A DNA stretch of 64,000 nt, from NCBI GenBank assembly GCA_963728535.1, contig CAVSKK010000002.1:7390-71389 (forward strand), given 5' to 3'. Position numbers and translations under genes: made by a program. Of the stretch, positions 1 through 10,130 are shown piece after piece (within the stretch, counting starts at the first letter, position 1; each line of letters begins with the position of its first letter). The stretch comes from an uncultured Actinomycetes bacterium (lineage in GTDB: Bacteria > Actinomycetota > Thermoleophilia > Gaiellales > Gaiellaceae). The notes under the pieces are model-generated. The model did no database searches. It saw nothing but the letters and a program-made list of their open reading frames with translations, and was not told where the DNA came from.

Positions 1-35
1 GTGATCGGTGAAATCCCTGTGAAGGAGGTACCGAA

Positions 36-1238
36 GTGGCAAGTCTCCAAGCTCGACATCGGCGTGGCTGTCCTCGCGGATTGTGGACGACCGCCAAGGG
101 TGCAAAGACCGGCTGTACGTGCGGGGCGAAGCTCACCTACGTCGCCCGCTACTGGGACGGCGGCAAGAATCGGCAGGCCACCCTTGGCCGCGATCTGGAA
201 GAGGCGAAGCGCGAGCTCCGCGACCTCGAAGAGAAGGTAGACCGGAAGCGCCGGGGGTTCTCCCCGTCGATCGATAGAAACATCACCTTCGCGGAGTGGG
301 CCGATCAGTGGCTCGACGGAAGCACGATCAAGGAAAACACGCGGCGGTCCTACAAGCCCACCATCGAGATAGCGAAGTTCGTTCTCGGTCAGCGGCTTGT
401 TCGCTCTCTCGACGTGGACGACGTGCTTGCGATCCTGGAGGCAACGAAGGCCCCGAGCGAGTCCACGAAGGCCAGACACCTTCGCGTTCTCTCGGCCTGC
501 CTGCAAGCGGCGCTCGAATCAGGGTACGCGGATCGGAACCCTGCGCGGACTCTCCCTAAGTCATTCAGGCCGAAGCGAGGCAAGGCGAAGGCGAGCTACT
601 TCACCAATGATGAACTGACGGCGCTGTGGGCAAAGATGCCAACCGAGCTACCCGCCGCGACGTACACATACCTCTGCAAGCTCGCACTCGCCACGGGAGC
701 GAGGCAAGGCGAACTTGTGGCCCTGCGTTGGGGGGACGTTCATCAACTCGATAGAGAGATCATCGTGGCCCGGTCACACACGGCTGGGCTCGGGATCGAC
801 ACCACGAAGTCAGACAAGGTGCGAACACTTGATCTGACGGACGACGCACTCAAAGTCCTAGCCGACTGGACTGCTCTCACGGGCGCCCAGGAAGATGGGG
901 CACTCGTCTTCCCGCACCCTGAGCAAGACACTCTCGGACGGACGCGTGCAGAGAAAGGCAGCTACCTCATCCCCTCCACCATCGTGCGAGTCCTAAGGGC
1001 CGGGATGGACAAGGCCGGCGTTCCGAAGATCGGAGAGCGGGGAGTCGTCCGAGACTTTCACTCCCTGCGGCACACGTTCGCCCGGATCATGCTCGAACGC
1101 GGGAAGAGCCTCCAATGGGTGCAGCGCCAGTTGGGTCATAGCTCGATCGGTCTGACAGCCGACGTGTACGGGCATTGGGCTCGTGACTCCGAGAAGCAGC
1201 AGGCCAAAGACGTACCGCTCGGAGCCTTCCCGCTGTAG
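36..1238 (+). CDS. tyrosine-type site-specific recombinase (phage/ICE integrase)
   Basis: 400-aa ORF with a GTG start 7 nt after GAAGGAGG. The C-terminal catalytic region reads HSLRHTFARIML...LGHSSIGLTADVYGH, typical of tyrosine recombinases. It ends 94 nt from the 3' end of tRNA-Arg. Confidence 0.9.
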   Translation: MASLQARHRRGCPRGLWTTAKGAKTGCTCGAKLTYVARYWDGGKNRQATLGRDLEEAKRELRDLEEKVDRKRRGFSPSIDRNITFAEWADQWLDGSTIKENTRRSYKPTIEIAKFVLGQRLVRSLDVDDVLAILEATKAPSESTKARHLRVLSACLQAALESGYADRNPARTLPKSFRPKRGKAKASYFTNDELTALWAKMPTELPAATYTYLCKLALATGARQGELVALRWGDVHQLDREIIVARSHTAGLGIDTTKSDKVRTLDLTDDALKVLADWTALTGAQEDGALVFPHPEQDTLGRTRAEKGSYLIPSTIVRVLRAGMDKAGVPKIGERGVVRDFHSLRHTFARIMLERGKSLQWVQRQLGHSSIGLTADVYGHWARDSEKQQAKDVPLGAFPL

Positions 1239-1249
1239 GTCTCACGGAT

Positions 1250-1271
1250 CTGTACGCACTCCTGTACGCAC
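1250..1271. repeat. tandem direct repeat ctgtacgcac x2 (12-bp period) between integrase stop and terminator
   Basis: ctgtacgcac at 1250-1259 and again at 1262-1271, read directly from the sequence. Confidence 0.7.
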
Positions 1272-1274
1272 AAC

Positions 1275-1315
1275 AAGAGCGGCCTCTGATCCACCCGGGG
1301 CCGCTCTTGCGTTTT
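1275..1315 (+). terminator. rho-independent terminator after integrase
   Basis: 10-bp stem aagagcggcc / ggccgctctt with a 14-nt loop, followed by gcgtttt. Confidence 0.65.
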
Positions 1316-1331
1316 GCAGGGAAAAGACCGA

Positions 1332-1403
1332 AGGCCCCGGCTGGAATTGAACCAGCGCACACGGATTCGAAGTCCGTTGCTCTATCCACTGAGCTACGGG
1401 GCC
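1332..1403 (-). tRNA. tRNA-Arg (anticodon UCG)
   Basis: The reverse complement folds as a cloverleaf: acceptor GGCCCCG/CGGGGCC, D arm GCTC-AGTGGATA-GAGC, anticodon arm ACGGA-CTTCGAA-TCCGT, T arm GCTGG-TTCAATT-CCAGC. 72 nt, no encoded CCA. Confidence 0.9.
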
Positions 1404-1429
1404 GCGACCACAAGAGTAGAGCGGAGACA

Positions 1430-1503
1430 GGTGGCGGACGGGGCTCGAACCCGCGACCACCGGGACCACAACCCGGGGCTCTACCAACTGAGCTACCGCC
1501 ACC
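1430..1503 (-). tRNA. tRNA-His (anticodon GUG)
   Basis: Reverse complement: G(-1)+GTGGCGG acceptor pairing with CCGCCAC, anticodon loop TTGTGGT, T loop TTCGAGC. The extra 5' G is the His hallmark. Confidence 0.9.
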
Positions 1504-1536
1504 GCGCAGGCTGAGAATAGCCGCTCGGCGAGGAGC

Positions 1537-1803
1537 TCAGGGTCGCACGAGGAGAATGAAGAGCAGCGGCCCGAGAGTCATTGCGGTGCAGATGAGCCAG
1601 ACCATCGTGAGCTCAGCTTGACCAGGCTCCATGCCGCGTCGCCCGGGCTTGCGCACGGGCAGTGGTCTGAATGGCGGTGCGGTGAGAAGGCTCCTCGCGA
1701 ACTGAGCGGCCTCGGGCGACGAGACCAGTACGAGCTCAGGGCTGAGAACCTCCGAGAGGCGCGCATCGGAAACCATCGTGTCTTGTGCGACGAGAACACT
1801 CAT
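1537..1803 (-). CDS. hypothetical small protein with C-terminal hydrophobic helix
   Basis: Internal ATG at 1803 of the 192-aa ORF gives MSVLVAQDTMVSDARLSEVL...MVWLICTAMTLGPLLFILLVRP. No recognisable family. Confidence 0.25.
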   Translation of the reverse strand: MSVLVAQDTMVSDARLSEVLSPELVLVSSPEAAQFARSLLTAPPFRPLPVRKPGRRGMEPGQAELTMVWLICTAMTLGPLLFILLVRP

Positions 1804-1835
1804 GAACAGTCGATTCTCCGTGGTAATGAGGCTCC

Positions 1836-1877
1836 GGGCATCCCTCGTTCGGGGGACGTCGGGGCATCCCTCGTTCG
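1836..1877. promoter_or_regulatory. 16-bp direct repeat pair gggcatccctcgttcg in a divergent intergenic region
   Basis: Exact copies at 1836-1851 and 1862-1877 (26-bp spacing), between the minus ORF start at 1803 and the plus ORF start at 1939. Confidence 0.4.
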
Positions 1878-1938
1878 AGTGATGCCTTTCTCTCCTTCGA
1901 CCATTGAGGCCAGGCGCTTTAGAGCCGAAGGAGAGGGA

Positions 1939-2142
1939 ATGGAACCTGCGGTCATCCTGCGGCCTCGCGGAAGCGAGAACGAGCGCGTGCTCGACTGGCG
2001 ATTCGACGTCCTCGAAGAAGCCGGGTTCAACCCGGTCGCAGCCCTCGCACTGGCCAACATGCAGACCATCGATCTGCACGTCGCGGTCGGGTTGCTCGCC
2101 AACGGCTGTTCGCACGACACCGCGCTGCGCATCCTCCTCTAG
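1939..2142 (+). CDS. hypothetical small protein (67 aa)
   Basis: Internal ATG preceded by ggagaggga. MEPAVILRPRGSENERVLDWRFDVLEEAGFNPVAALALANMQTIDLHVAVGLLANGCSHDTALRILL looks like a folded helical domain. No family recognised. Confidence 0.4.
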   Translation: MEPAVILRPRGSENERVLDWRFDVLEEAGFNPVAALALANMQTIDLHVAVGLLANGCSHDTALRILL

Positions 2143-2788
2143 CGCGTTCGCATCACGGGAGCGTGAGACGAGCCACCTCGGCCGAGGCGCGGCTCTTCAA
2201 AGCGCGCGACGGCTGTCTCCGGCCATAGAGGACGAAGACGTCGAGGTTCCAACCGTGCACCCGGGCGAGAAGCTCTTGATACGCGAGGCCACACGGGATG
2301 CCCTCGAAGCAGTGACGGATCGGCGCCTTGTCGAGTCTGAGCGGGAGGCGACGAACGGGATACGTCTTCCACCGCCGGCGCCCGAGCACCATTGCGGTGA
2401 TGACCACGTTGTCGCCTCGTAGCGCTCTTTGATCTCGAGACTGGAGCGACGCGCACTCTCCGGGGCGAGGGAGCTCACGTCTGAGCGTGGCCGCGACAGC
2501 AAAAGCGCCGCAAGGTGGATCTGCGGCATGCCGTACGACGTGCCATCCGGGAGCCAGAGCGAACTTCGGAATCGGCACAGCGGAGAGGATCAGGCTGGCG
2601 ACGAGTTTGAGCATTCATACGGATACGAGCCCCGACGCTCACGAGGTCCGACCGCATCCGCCGCCGCAGTCGACATGCGCGACTGCGGCACACCAACGCG
2701 CGTCCTCGAGGACGACCCGATCGAAGTCGTCATGGCCCGCGTAGCGGGCCGGACTTCGATCGGGAGCGCCGCCGCTCAGGGAAGCGAG

Positions 2789-2873
2789 TGCGGGCGAGAG
2801 GAGTTGAACCTCCACGGGCTTTCGGCCCACCGGGTCCTAAACCCGACGCGTCTACCAGTTCCGCCACGCCCGC
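2789..2873 (-). tRNA. tRNA-Leu (anticodon UAG)
   Basis: Reverse complement: acceptor GCGGGCG/CGCCCGC, D arm with GGAACTGGTAGA, anticodon loop TTTAGGA, long variable arm TGGGCCGAAAGCCCGT, T loop TTCAACT. 85 nt. Confidence 0.9.
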
Positions 2874-2912
2874 TCAGGTTCCAAGGATAGATCGGCGGGG
2901 TAGACAGTCGGT

Positions 2913-3056
2913 ATGGCAGACCAAGAGCAGCGAGCACAAGAGAGCCTCGAGAGCGACGTGACGAAGTTCGAGGAGCTGGCGGAAGAGGTAAGCGAGGAGC
3001 AGCAGGAAGCTGCCCGGCGAATCGCTGAGCCTCTCGAGCCACAGGACGAGTCCTAG
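2913..3056 (+). CDS. possible small acidic protein (47 aa), not in ORF track
   Basis: ATG...TAG ORF encoding MADQEQRAQESLESDVTKFEELAEEVSEEQQEAARRIAEPLEPQDES. Weak RBS, no family. Confidence 0.25.
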   Translation: MADQEQRAQESLESDVTKFEELAEEVSEEQQEAARRIAEPLEPQDES

Positions 3057-3115
3057 CTGGGGCTTTCGTGCGCCGACAGCCCAGCCCTGCGAGGGGCTGG
3101 CAGAATGGCCGCACT

Positions 3116-4471
3116 GTGAAGACGAAGGTCGAGGAGCTGCCCGAGAACCGCGTCCGCCTCGAGGTCGAGGTTCCGAGCGACCACCTGAAGCACGCCGTCG
3201 AGCACGCCTCCTCGGACCTGGCGGCGACCGCCAAGATCCCCGGCTTCCGGAAGGGCAAGGTCCCGCAGAAGGTGCTGGAGGCGCGCGTCGGGCGCGACCG
3301 CATCTTCACGGAGGCGGTCGAGAGCCACATCGGCGGCTGGTTCTGGAACGCAGCCGAAGACGCGAGCATCAGGCCCGTCTCCCAGCCGACGCTCGACTAC
3401 GACGTGCCGACCACCGAGGACGAGCCGTTCAGCTTCACCGCGGAGGTCGCCGTGCAGCCGTCCCCAGAAGTGGCCGACTGGAGCGGGCTCGAGGTGCCCT
3501 CGCCGGACCCCGAGGTGCCCCAGGAGCTCATCGAGGGCGAGCTGGAGGCGCTGCGCGCCTCGGTCGCAGAGCTCGTCCCCGTCGAGGGCCGCCCGTCCAA
3601 GGACGGTGACGTGCTCGTCGTCGACCTCGTCGACGAGACGGGCGAGGCGCAGCGCGACTACGTCGTCCAGCTCGGCGCCGGCCGGCTCGTCGAGGAGATC
3701 GAGCGCGGCCTGCGTGGGATGAGCGCGGACGAGACGAAGAAGCTCACCTATACCGCTCCCGATGGGAGCCAGAAGGAAGCGGAGGCGACGCTGAAGGAGA
3801 TCAAGGAGCCGGTCCTGCCGCCCCTGGACGACGAGCTTGCCCGCTCGACGAGTGAGTTCGAGACGCTCGAGGAGTTGCGCACGGAGATCGAGTCGCGCCT
3901 CCGCGAGGCGATCCAGGCCGAGCTGGAGGCGGACTTCCGTGCCGGCGCGGTCGACAAGCTCATCGAGGCGTCCAACGTGGACGTCTCCGACTCGCTCGTC
4001 GAGTCGCGCGCCGCCGAGCTGCTGAACGCGATGCTGCGCTCCCTCCAGAGCCGCGGCCTCGATGCGGAGACCTACCTCCGCGTCACGGGCCAGACGGCCG
4101 ATCAGCTGCGCGACACGCTCAGGAGCGAGGCGCGCCGTGCGATCTCCCGCGAGCTCGTGCTCGAGGTGGTCGCGGACAAGCTCGAGGTCGAAGTGACCGA
4201 CGAGGAGTTGAAAGCCCTCGTCCGCGAGCAGGCCGAGGCGACCGAGGAGGATCCCGATGCCGTCATCGAGCAGCTCTGGCAGTCCGGACGCCACGAGCGT
4301 CTGCGAACCGACTTCCGCATGAAGAAAGCCCTCGACCGAATCGTCGAAGACGTCAAGCCAATCCCCGTCGAGCTCGCCCGTGCGCGCGAGAGCATCTGGA
4401 CCCCCGAGCAGGAAAAACCCGATACCGCTGCGAAACTGTGGACCCCCGGCAGCAGCAAGGAGCCCGTATGA
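3116..4471 (+). CDS. tig: trigger factor
   Basis: [20 protein letters not shown]...[15 protein letters not shown] is the trigger-factor N-terminal signature. In-frame GTG at 3116 is preferred to the ORF-track start at 3068. The stop overlaps the clpP ATG. Confidence 0.95.
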   Translation: MKTKVEELPENRVRLEVEVPSDHLKHAVEHASSDLAATAKIPGFRKGKVPQKVLEARVGRDRIFTEAVESHIGGWFWNAAEDASIRPVSQPTLDYDVPTTEDEPFSFTAEVAVQPSPEVADWSGLEVPSPDPEVPQELIEGELEALRASVAELVPVEGRPSKDGDVLVVDLVDETGEAQRDYVVQLGAGRLVEEIERGLRGMSADETKKLTYTAPDGSQKEAEATLKEIKEPVLPPLDDELARSTSEFETLEELRTEIESRLREAIQAELEADFRAGAVDKLIEASNVDVSDSLVESRAAELLNAMLRSLQSRGLDAETYLRVTGQTADQLRDTLRSEARRAISRELVLEVVADKLEVEVTDEELKALVREQAEATEEDPDAVIEQLWQSGRHERLRTDFRMKKALDRIVEDVKPIPVELARARESIWTPEQEKPDTAAKLWTPGSSKEPV

Positions 4472-5070
4472 GATACGACCCCCAAATGAGCCCACTCGTC
4501 CCGATGGTCGTCGAGCAGACCTCGCGTGGAGAGCGCGCGTTCGACATCTACTCGCGACTCTTGAACGAGCGGATCATCTTTCTGGGCACGCCTGTCGACG
4601 ATCAGATCGCGAATCTGATCATCGCCCAGCTCCTCCATCTCGAGTCGGAGGACCCGGACAAAGACATCTCGCTCTACATCAACTCACCCGGCGGCTCCGT
4701 GTACCACGGGCTCGCGGTCTACGACACGATGCAGTTCATCAAGCCCGACGTGCAGACGATCTGCGTCGGCATCGCGATGTCGATGGGAGCGCTCCTCCTA
4801 TCGGGCGGCGCGAAAGGAAAGCGCATGGCGCTGCCGAACGCCAAGATTCTGATCCATCAGGTCTGGGGCGGCTTCCAGGGTCAGGCGACCGATATCGAGA
4901 TCCATGCTCGCGAAACGATTGCCCTGAAGCGAAAACTGGAAGAGATCATGGGACACCACACAGGCCAGTCTCTGGACAAGGTGTCCAAGGACATGGAGCG
5001 AGATTTCTTCATGACCGCCGAGGAAGCGACGAAATACGGCATCATCGACACTGTTATCGAGCATCGCTAG
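4468..5070 (+). CDS. clpP: ATP-dependent Clp protease proteolytic subunit
   Basis: [29 protein letters not shown]...INSPGGSV...MSMGA. ATGA overlap with the tig stop. Confidence 0.97.
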   Translation: MRYDPQMSPLVPMVVEQTSRGERAFDIYSRLLNERIIFLGTPVDDQIANLIIAQLLHLESEDPDKDISLYINSPGGSVYHGLAVYDTMQFIKPDVQTICVGIAMSMGALLLSGGAKGKRMALPNAKILIHQVWGGFQGQATDIEIHARETIALKRKLEEIMGHHTGQSLDKVSKDMERDFFMTAEEATKYGIIDTVIEHR

Positions 5071-5147
5071 GTCGAGGGGTATTCAGAGAGGCCATTTCGA
5101 TGTACAACGTGACAGAGGGTTCGGGCAGCTAGAGATAGAGGGAATGG

Positions 5148-6428
5148 GTGGCTAGAGCGAGCGAAGGAAACGAGCAGCTTCTCTGCAGCTTCTGCGGGAA
5201 GTCGCAGCGCCAGGTCAAGAAGCTGATTGCTGGACCGGGTGTGTACATCTGCGATGAGTGCATCGATCTCTGCAACGAGATCATCGACGAGGAGCTGACG
5301 GCACCGGCTTCACTCGATCTCGAGAACCTGCCGCGGCCGAGAGACATCTACGCCGTCCTCAACGATTACGTCGTCAGCCAGGAGGAGTCCAAGCGGACGC
5401 TCGCCGTCGCTGTCTACAACCACTACAAGCGCGTGCAGATGGGCACCGACGAAGGCGAAGTCGAGCTCCAGAAGTCGAACATCCTTCTGCTCGGCCCCAC
5501 CGGCTGCGGCAAGACGCTTCTTGCGCAGACGCTCGCGCGAATCCTGAACGTCCCGTTCGCGATCGCCGACGCGACCGCGCTGACGGAGGCGGGCTACGTC
5601 GGCGAGGACGTCGAGAACATCCTCCTCAAGCTGATCCAGGCCGCGGACTTCGACATCAAGAAGGCAGAGACGGGGATCATCTACATCGACGAAGTCGACA
5701 AGATCGCGCGCAAGGCGGACAACCCGTCGATCACGCGCGACGTGTCCGGCGAGGGCGTGCAGCAGGCGCTGCTGAAGATCCTCGAGGGAACGGTCGCCTC
5801 GGTGCCGCCACAGGGCGGGCGCAAGCACCCGCACCAGGAGTTCCTCTCGATCGACACGACAAACGTGCTTTTCATCTGCGGCGGTGCGTTCTCCGGGCTC
5901 GAGAAGATCATCGGCAAGCGGACGGGCAAGAATGCGGTCGGCTTCGGCGCCGACATCCGCTCACGGTATGACTCCGTGGCCTCGGAGCTGCTCACCGACG
6001 TCATGCCTGAGGATCTCCTCTCGTACGGCCTGATCCCGGAGTTCATCGGCCGGCTGCCGGTCGTCTCGGCTGTGCACCAGCTCCAGCGCGAGGATCTCGT
6101 GCAGATCCTGACCGAGCCGAAGAACGCGCTCGTCAAGCAGTACCAGCGCTTCTTCGCCTACGACGACATCGAGCTCGTCTTCACCGAGGACGCGCTCTGG
6201 GAGATCGCCGACAAGGCGCTCAAGCGCGAGACGGGCGCGCGCGGCCTGCGCTCGATCATCGAGCACGCGCTCCTCGACGTCATGTTCGAGCTTCCGTCGC
6301 GCACCGACGTGTCCAAGTGCGCGATCACGAAGGAGACGATCGCGAACGACGTCAAGCCGACGCTCGTCACCACCGGTGGCGGCGAGGCAGCCGACGAGCC
6401 CGAAGAGCTCGCCGAAGAATCCGCCTGA
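5148..6428 (+). CDS. clpX: ATP-dependent Clp protease ATP-binding subunit ClpX
   Basis: N-terminal zinc finger CSFCGK...CDECI, Walker A GPTGCGKT, Walker [10 protein letters not shown]. Confidence 0.97.
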   Translation: MARASEGNEQLLCSFCGKSQRQVKKLIAGPGVYICDECIDLCNEIIDEELTAPASLDLENLPRPRDIYAVLNDYVVSQEESKRTLAVAVYNHYKRVQMGTDEGEVELQKSNILLLGPTGCGKTLLAQTLARILNVPFAIADATALTEAGYVGEDVENILLKLIQAADFDIKKAETGIIYIDEVDKIARKADNPSITRDVSGEGVQQALLKILEGTVASVPPQGGRKHPHQEFLSIDTTNVLFICGGAFSGLEKIIGKRTGKNAVGFGADIRSRYDSVASELLTDVMPEDLLSYGLIPEFIGRLPVVSAVHQLQREDLVQILTEPKNALVKQYQRFFAYDDIELVFTEDALWEIADKALKRETGARGLRSIIEHALLDVMFELPSRTDVSKCAITKETIANDVKPTLVTTGGGEAADEPEELAEESA

Positions 6429-6539
6429 GCGACTTGCGCCGACTGCACGCTCGCAGCAATACTGAGCGCATAGTCGCTGCCTGAGCACATCCGTCGGACG
6501 CCTACGGACGCTGAGCGTCCGCGGCCTTACGATGCGCCG

Positions 6540-8948
6540 ATGGAGCCGCGTTACGAGCCTCAGGGCGTCGAGGAGCGCTGGCAGCGCGCCTGGGAGGAGG
6601 AGGGCCTCTACAACGCGGAGCCGGACTCCGAGCGGGAGTCGTACGTCATCTGCATCCCTCCGCCCAACGTGACAGGCGAGTTGCACATGGGCCACGCTCT
6701 GAACGCGTCGATCCAGGACCTGCTCATTCGACTGCACCGGATGCGCGGCTTCAACACGATCTGGCAGCCCGGTTACGACCATGCCGGGATCGCGACGCAG
6801 AACGTGATCGAGCGAGAACTCGCGAAGGAAGGCCTGACGCGACACGATCTCGGCCGCGAGGCCTTCGTCGAGCGCACCTGGGCCTGGCTCGAGAAGTACG
6901 GCGGCGTGATCATGGGGCAGCTACGGAGGCTCGGCGCGTCGCTCGACTACCGGCGCGAGCGGATGACGATGGACGAGGGCTACGTGCGCGCGGTGCTGAC
7001 GTGGTTCTTGCATTTGCACGAGCGCGGATTCCTCTACCGGGCCAACCGGATCGTCAACTGGTGCCCGCGCTGCGCGAGCGCGATCTCCGATCTCGAGGTG
7101 AACCACGAGGAGACCGACGACACGCTGTACACGATCCGCTATCCCCTGGCGGACGACTCTGGGCACATCAGGATTGCGACCGTGCGTCCGCCGACGATGC
7201 TCGCGGATGTCGCTGTCGCCGTGCACCCGGACGACGATCGATACCGCGACCTGGTCGGCAAGGAGGCCGTGCTTCCAATCGTTGGCCGGACGCTGCCGAT
7301 CATCGCCGACGAGCGCGTCGACCCCGAGTTCGGCACGGGCGCGGTGAAGATCACCCCCGGTCACGACCCGATGGACTGGGAGATCGGCCGTGACCACGAG
7401 TTGCCCGAACTGATGGTGATCGGCCTCGACGCGCGCATGAACGACGAGGCCGGGGAGTTCGCCGGGCTGACTCAGGAGGAGGCGAACGAGCGCATCGTCG
7501 CGCGCTTGGAGAGCGAGGCACTGCTCGAGTCGAAGGAGCCCTACCGGCACGCGGTCGCGACCTGCGACCGCTGCGGATCGCGAATCGAGCCGCTCGTCTC
7601 GCTCCAGTGGTGGTGCGACATGAGCGAGCTGGCGAAGCCGGCGATCGACGTCGTCGGCGACGGCAGTGTCCGCTTCTTCCCCGAGCGCTACAAGAAGATC
7701 TATCTCGACTGGATGGAGGCGATTCGCCCCTGGTGCATCTCGCGCCAGCTCTGGTGGGGCCACCAGATTCCGGCGTGGTATTGCCCGGATGGGCACGTAA
7801 CCGTGGCCGAGACGACTCCCGACGCCTGCGCCGAGTGCGGCTCGGCCGACCTTACGCAGGACGAGGACGTGCTCGACACGTGGTTCTCCTCGGCGCTCTG
7901 GCCCTTCGCGACGCTCGGCTGGCCCGACGACACACCCGAACTGCGCGCCTGGTATCCGAACGATGTCAGCTCGACCGACCGCGGGATCATCTTCCTCTGG
8001 GAGGCGCGGATGCTCATGGCCGGCCTGGAGTTGATGGGCGAGCTCCCGTTCCCCGACGTGAACATCCACTCGACGATCAACGCGCCGGACGGGAGGCGCA
8101 TGTCGAAGAGCCTCGGCACGGGCATCGATCCACTCGAGACCGTGAACGAGCATGGCGCCGACGCGACTCGCTACGGGCTCCTGAAGATGTCGTCTACGCA
8201 GGACGTGCGCTTCTCCGTCGGGCCGATCGCCGAAGGCCGCAGCCTTGCGAACAAGCTCTGGAACGTGGCTCGGCTGATCCTCGCCAACGCGGGTGAGACG
8301 ACTCCCGACGCAAGACCGCGTGACGTCGAGGAGCGTTGGATCCTCGCGCGCATCGACGCGACCCGAGCCGAGCTCGAGCACGATGTCGCGCAGTACGACT
8401 TCGCGCATGCGGTCGGGCGTCTCTACCGCTTGACGTTCGACGACTTCTGCGACTGGTACGCAGAGGCGATCAAGCCCCGGCTCTACGGCGCCGACGAGGA
8501 CGCGCGGGCGACTGCGCTCGCCGCGCTCGAGCGCCTGCTAAAGCTTCTCCACCCGGTGCTGCCGCATGTGACCGAGGAGATCTGGTCGAACCTGCCGGAC
8601 CGCGAGTCGCGGCTGATCGTGGCGCCCTGGCTCGAGCCCGACGACTCGTTCGCAGCCGACGAGGGGGCCCTCGACCGTGTGAAGGAAGCCGCGCCCGTCT
8701 ACGTGCGGAGCGGTGTTCGAATGGAGCTCGGCCCCGATGAGACGCGCATCTTCGAAGCCAAGCGACTACAACCGGGCACCGAAGGAGACCCACAGGCTGA
8801 AATCGACCGGCTCGAAGGGGAAGTCGCCCGCGCCGAGGGAATGCTCGCGAACGAGCGTTTCACCTCGAAGGCACCGCCCGACGTCGTCGAGGCGGAGCGC
8901 GACAAGCTCGAGCGTTACCGTCGTGAGCTCGATGCCCTCCGCAACTAG
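6540..8948 (+). CDS. valS: valine--tRNA ligase
   Basis: Class I motifs PPPNVTGELHMGHA and RMSKSLG, ValRS-type body, C-terminal coiled coil. Confidence 0.96.
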   Translation: MEPRYEPQGVEERWQRAWEEEGLYNAEPDSERESYVICIPPPNVTGELHMGHALNASIQDLLIRLHRMRGFNTIWQPGYDHAGIATQNVIERELAKEGLTRHDLGREAFVERTWAWLEKYGGVIMGQLRRLGASLDYRRERMTMDEGYVRAVLTWFLHLHERGFLYRANRIVNWCPRCASAISDLEVNHEETDDTLYTIRYPLADDSGHIRIATVRPPTMLADVAVAVHPDDDRYRDLVGKEAVLPIVGRTLPIIADERVDPEFGTGAVKITPGHDPMDWEIGRDHELPELMVIGLDARMNDEAGEFAGLTQEEANERIVARLESEALLESKEPYRHAVATCDRCGSRIEPLVSLQWWCDMSELAKPAIDVVGDGSVRFFPERYKKIYLDWMEAIRPWCISRQLWWGHQIPAWYCPDGHVTVAETTPDACAECGSADLTQDEDVLDTWFSSALWPFATLGWPDDTPELRAWYPNDVSSTDRGIIFLWEARMLMAGLELMGELPFPDVNIHSTINAPDGRRMSKSLGTGIDPLETVNEHGADATRYGLLKMSSTQDVRFSVGPIAEGRSLANKLWNVARLILANAGETTPDARPRDVEERWILARIDATRAELEHDVAQYDFAHAVGRLYRLTFDDFCDWYAEAIKPRLYGADEDARATALAALERLLKLLHPVLPHVTEEIWSNLPDRESRLIVAPWLEPDDSFAADEGALDRVKEAAPVYVRSGVRMELGPDETRIFEAKRLQPGTEGDPQAEIDRLEGEVARAEGMLANERFTSKAPPDVVEAERDKLERYRRELDALRN

Positions 8949-9981
8949 GCCGGCGAGCGCGACCGAGTGGGTCGCCTCGCTCAGCCCATGGCCGGAGGAG
9001 TTCGGCCTCGACGGCATGCGGCAGCTCTTGACGGCCCTGGGGGACCCGCAGCGTTCCTTCCCGTCGGTGCACGTGGTCGGGACGAACGGCAAGTCCACCG
9101 CGACTCGGACGATCGCCGCGCTCCTCCGTGCCGAGGGCTTGCAGGCAGGCGCCTACACCTCGCCGCACGTCTCGGGCTGGCACGAGCGGTTGGATTGTGA
9201 TCCCGAAACGTTCGATCGGGCCGTCGCGCGGATTCGCGAGCCCGCGGAGGAGCTCGGCGCGACCCAGTTCGAGGCGTTGACCGCGGCCGCGCTCGCCGAG
9301 TTCGCCGAGGCCGGCGTGGACGTGGCAGTTGTCGAGGCTGGGCTGGGCGGGCGCCTCGACGCGACGAACGTCGTCGACGCGCCGGTCGTCCTGCTGACGA
9401 ACATCGCCCTCGAGCACACGGAGGTGCTCGGCGACACGGTCGAGCAGATCGCGAAGGAGAAGCTTGCAGTTGCGCATGCGGCAAGAGTAGTTGTCATGTC
9501 GGACAACACGCATAGCGGGCTCCTCGCGCCCACCGCGCGCGTGGTGATCGGAGGCGCCAGGGAGGCCGCCGCGGCATACCTCGACCGCCCCGTCGAGCAC
9601 GAGGTCGAGGTCGTCTTGCCCGGGCGCCTCGAGCGCCGAGGCGACGAGGTCTGGGACGGCGCGCACACGCCCGAAGGTGTGGACTGGCTGCTCGCGCGCC
9701 TGCCCGCCCGCGAGTACGTCCTCTGCGTCTCGATCCTCGGCGACAAGCGGATCGACGAGCTCCTCGCAGGGCTTGCGCGCGCCGGCCGCACGCTCATTGC
9801 GACCCGCTCAACGAACTCTCGAGCTCTCCCCGCGCAGGAGCTCGCGGCCCACGCGGAAGCGCACTTCGAGCACGTCGAAGCGGTCGCCGATCCGCACGGA
9901 GCACTGGCCCGGGCGCGCGCGCTCGGCAGCCCCTTGCTCGTCACCGGCTCCCTCTATCTGCTGGCGGATCTGTACTCGTGA
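8932..9981 (+). CDS. folC: bifunctional folylpolyglutamate synthase / dihydrofolate synthase
   Basis: Mur-ligase P-loop VHVVGTNGKSTA. The in-frame ATG at 8932 overlaps the valS end. The ORF-track start at 8713 lies inside valS. Confidence 0.88.
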   Translation: MPSATRPASATEWVASLSPWPEEFGLDGMRQLLTALGDPQRSFPSVHVVGTNGKSTATRTIAALLRAEGLQAGAYTSPHVSGWHERLDCDPETFDRAVARIREPAEELGATQFEALTAAALAEFAEAGVDVAVVEAGLGGRLDATNVVDAPVVLLTNIALEHTEVLGDTVEQIAKEKLAVAHAARVVVMSDNTHSGLLAPTARVVIGGAREAAAAYLDRPVEHEVEVVLPGRLERRGDEVWDGAHTPEGVDWLLARLPAREYVLCVSILGDKRIDELLAGLARAGRTLIATRSTNSRALPAQELAAHAEAHFEHVEAVADPHGALARARALGSPLLVTGSLYLLADLYS

Positions 9982-10112
9982 GAGGAAGAAAGCGCACTGC
10001 GACGAAAGCTGGCGAACGGCTGACCGTGTTCGCGTTCGCCGCCGTCGTCGTACTGATGATCGTCGGGCTCGCCTTCGCCGTCGGCTACATAGTCGGTCAA
10101 CTTCTCCTATAA
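9978..10112 (+). CDS. possible small membrane protein (44 aa), not in ORF track
   Basis: GTG overlapping the folC stop (GTGA). VRGRKRTATKAGERLTVFAFAAVVVLMIVGLAFAVGYIVGQLLL has a basic N-terminus and one TM helix. Confidence 0.4.
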   Translation: MRGRKRTATKAGERLTVFAFAAVVVLMIVGLAFAVGYIVGQLLL

Positions 10113-10130
10113 CGGGGAAAGAAGAAAAGA

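Noticed and set aside
2153-2614. 153-aa minus ORF as a confident gene
   Set aside because: The C-terminal half looks protein-like, but I cannot place it in any family and the N-terminal half is implausible. I mention it only within the orphan-segment finding.
3053-4495. 480-aa minus-strand ORF
   Set aside because: It is fully antisense to trigger factor. Its low-complexity L/R/G/D-rich sequence is typical of high-GC antisense frames.
6429-6539. Possible T-box or attenuator upstream of valS
   Set aside because: I saw only a short ggacgc/gcgtcc hairpin. There is no specifier loop or T-box consensus, and the region is too short.
6921-8408. 495-aa minus-strand ORF
   Set aside because: It is antisense to valS, which has unambiguous class I synthetase motifs.
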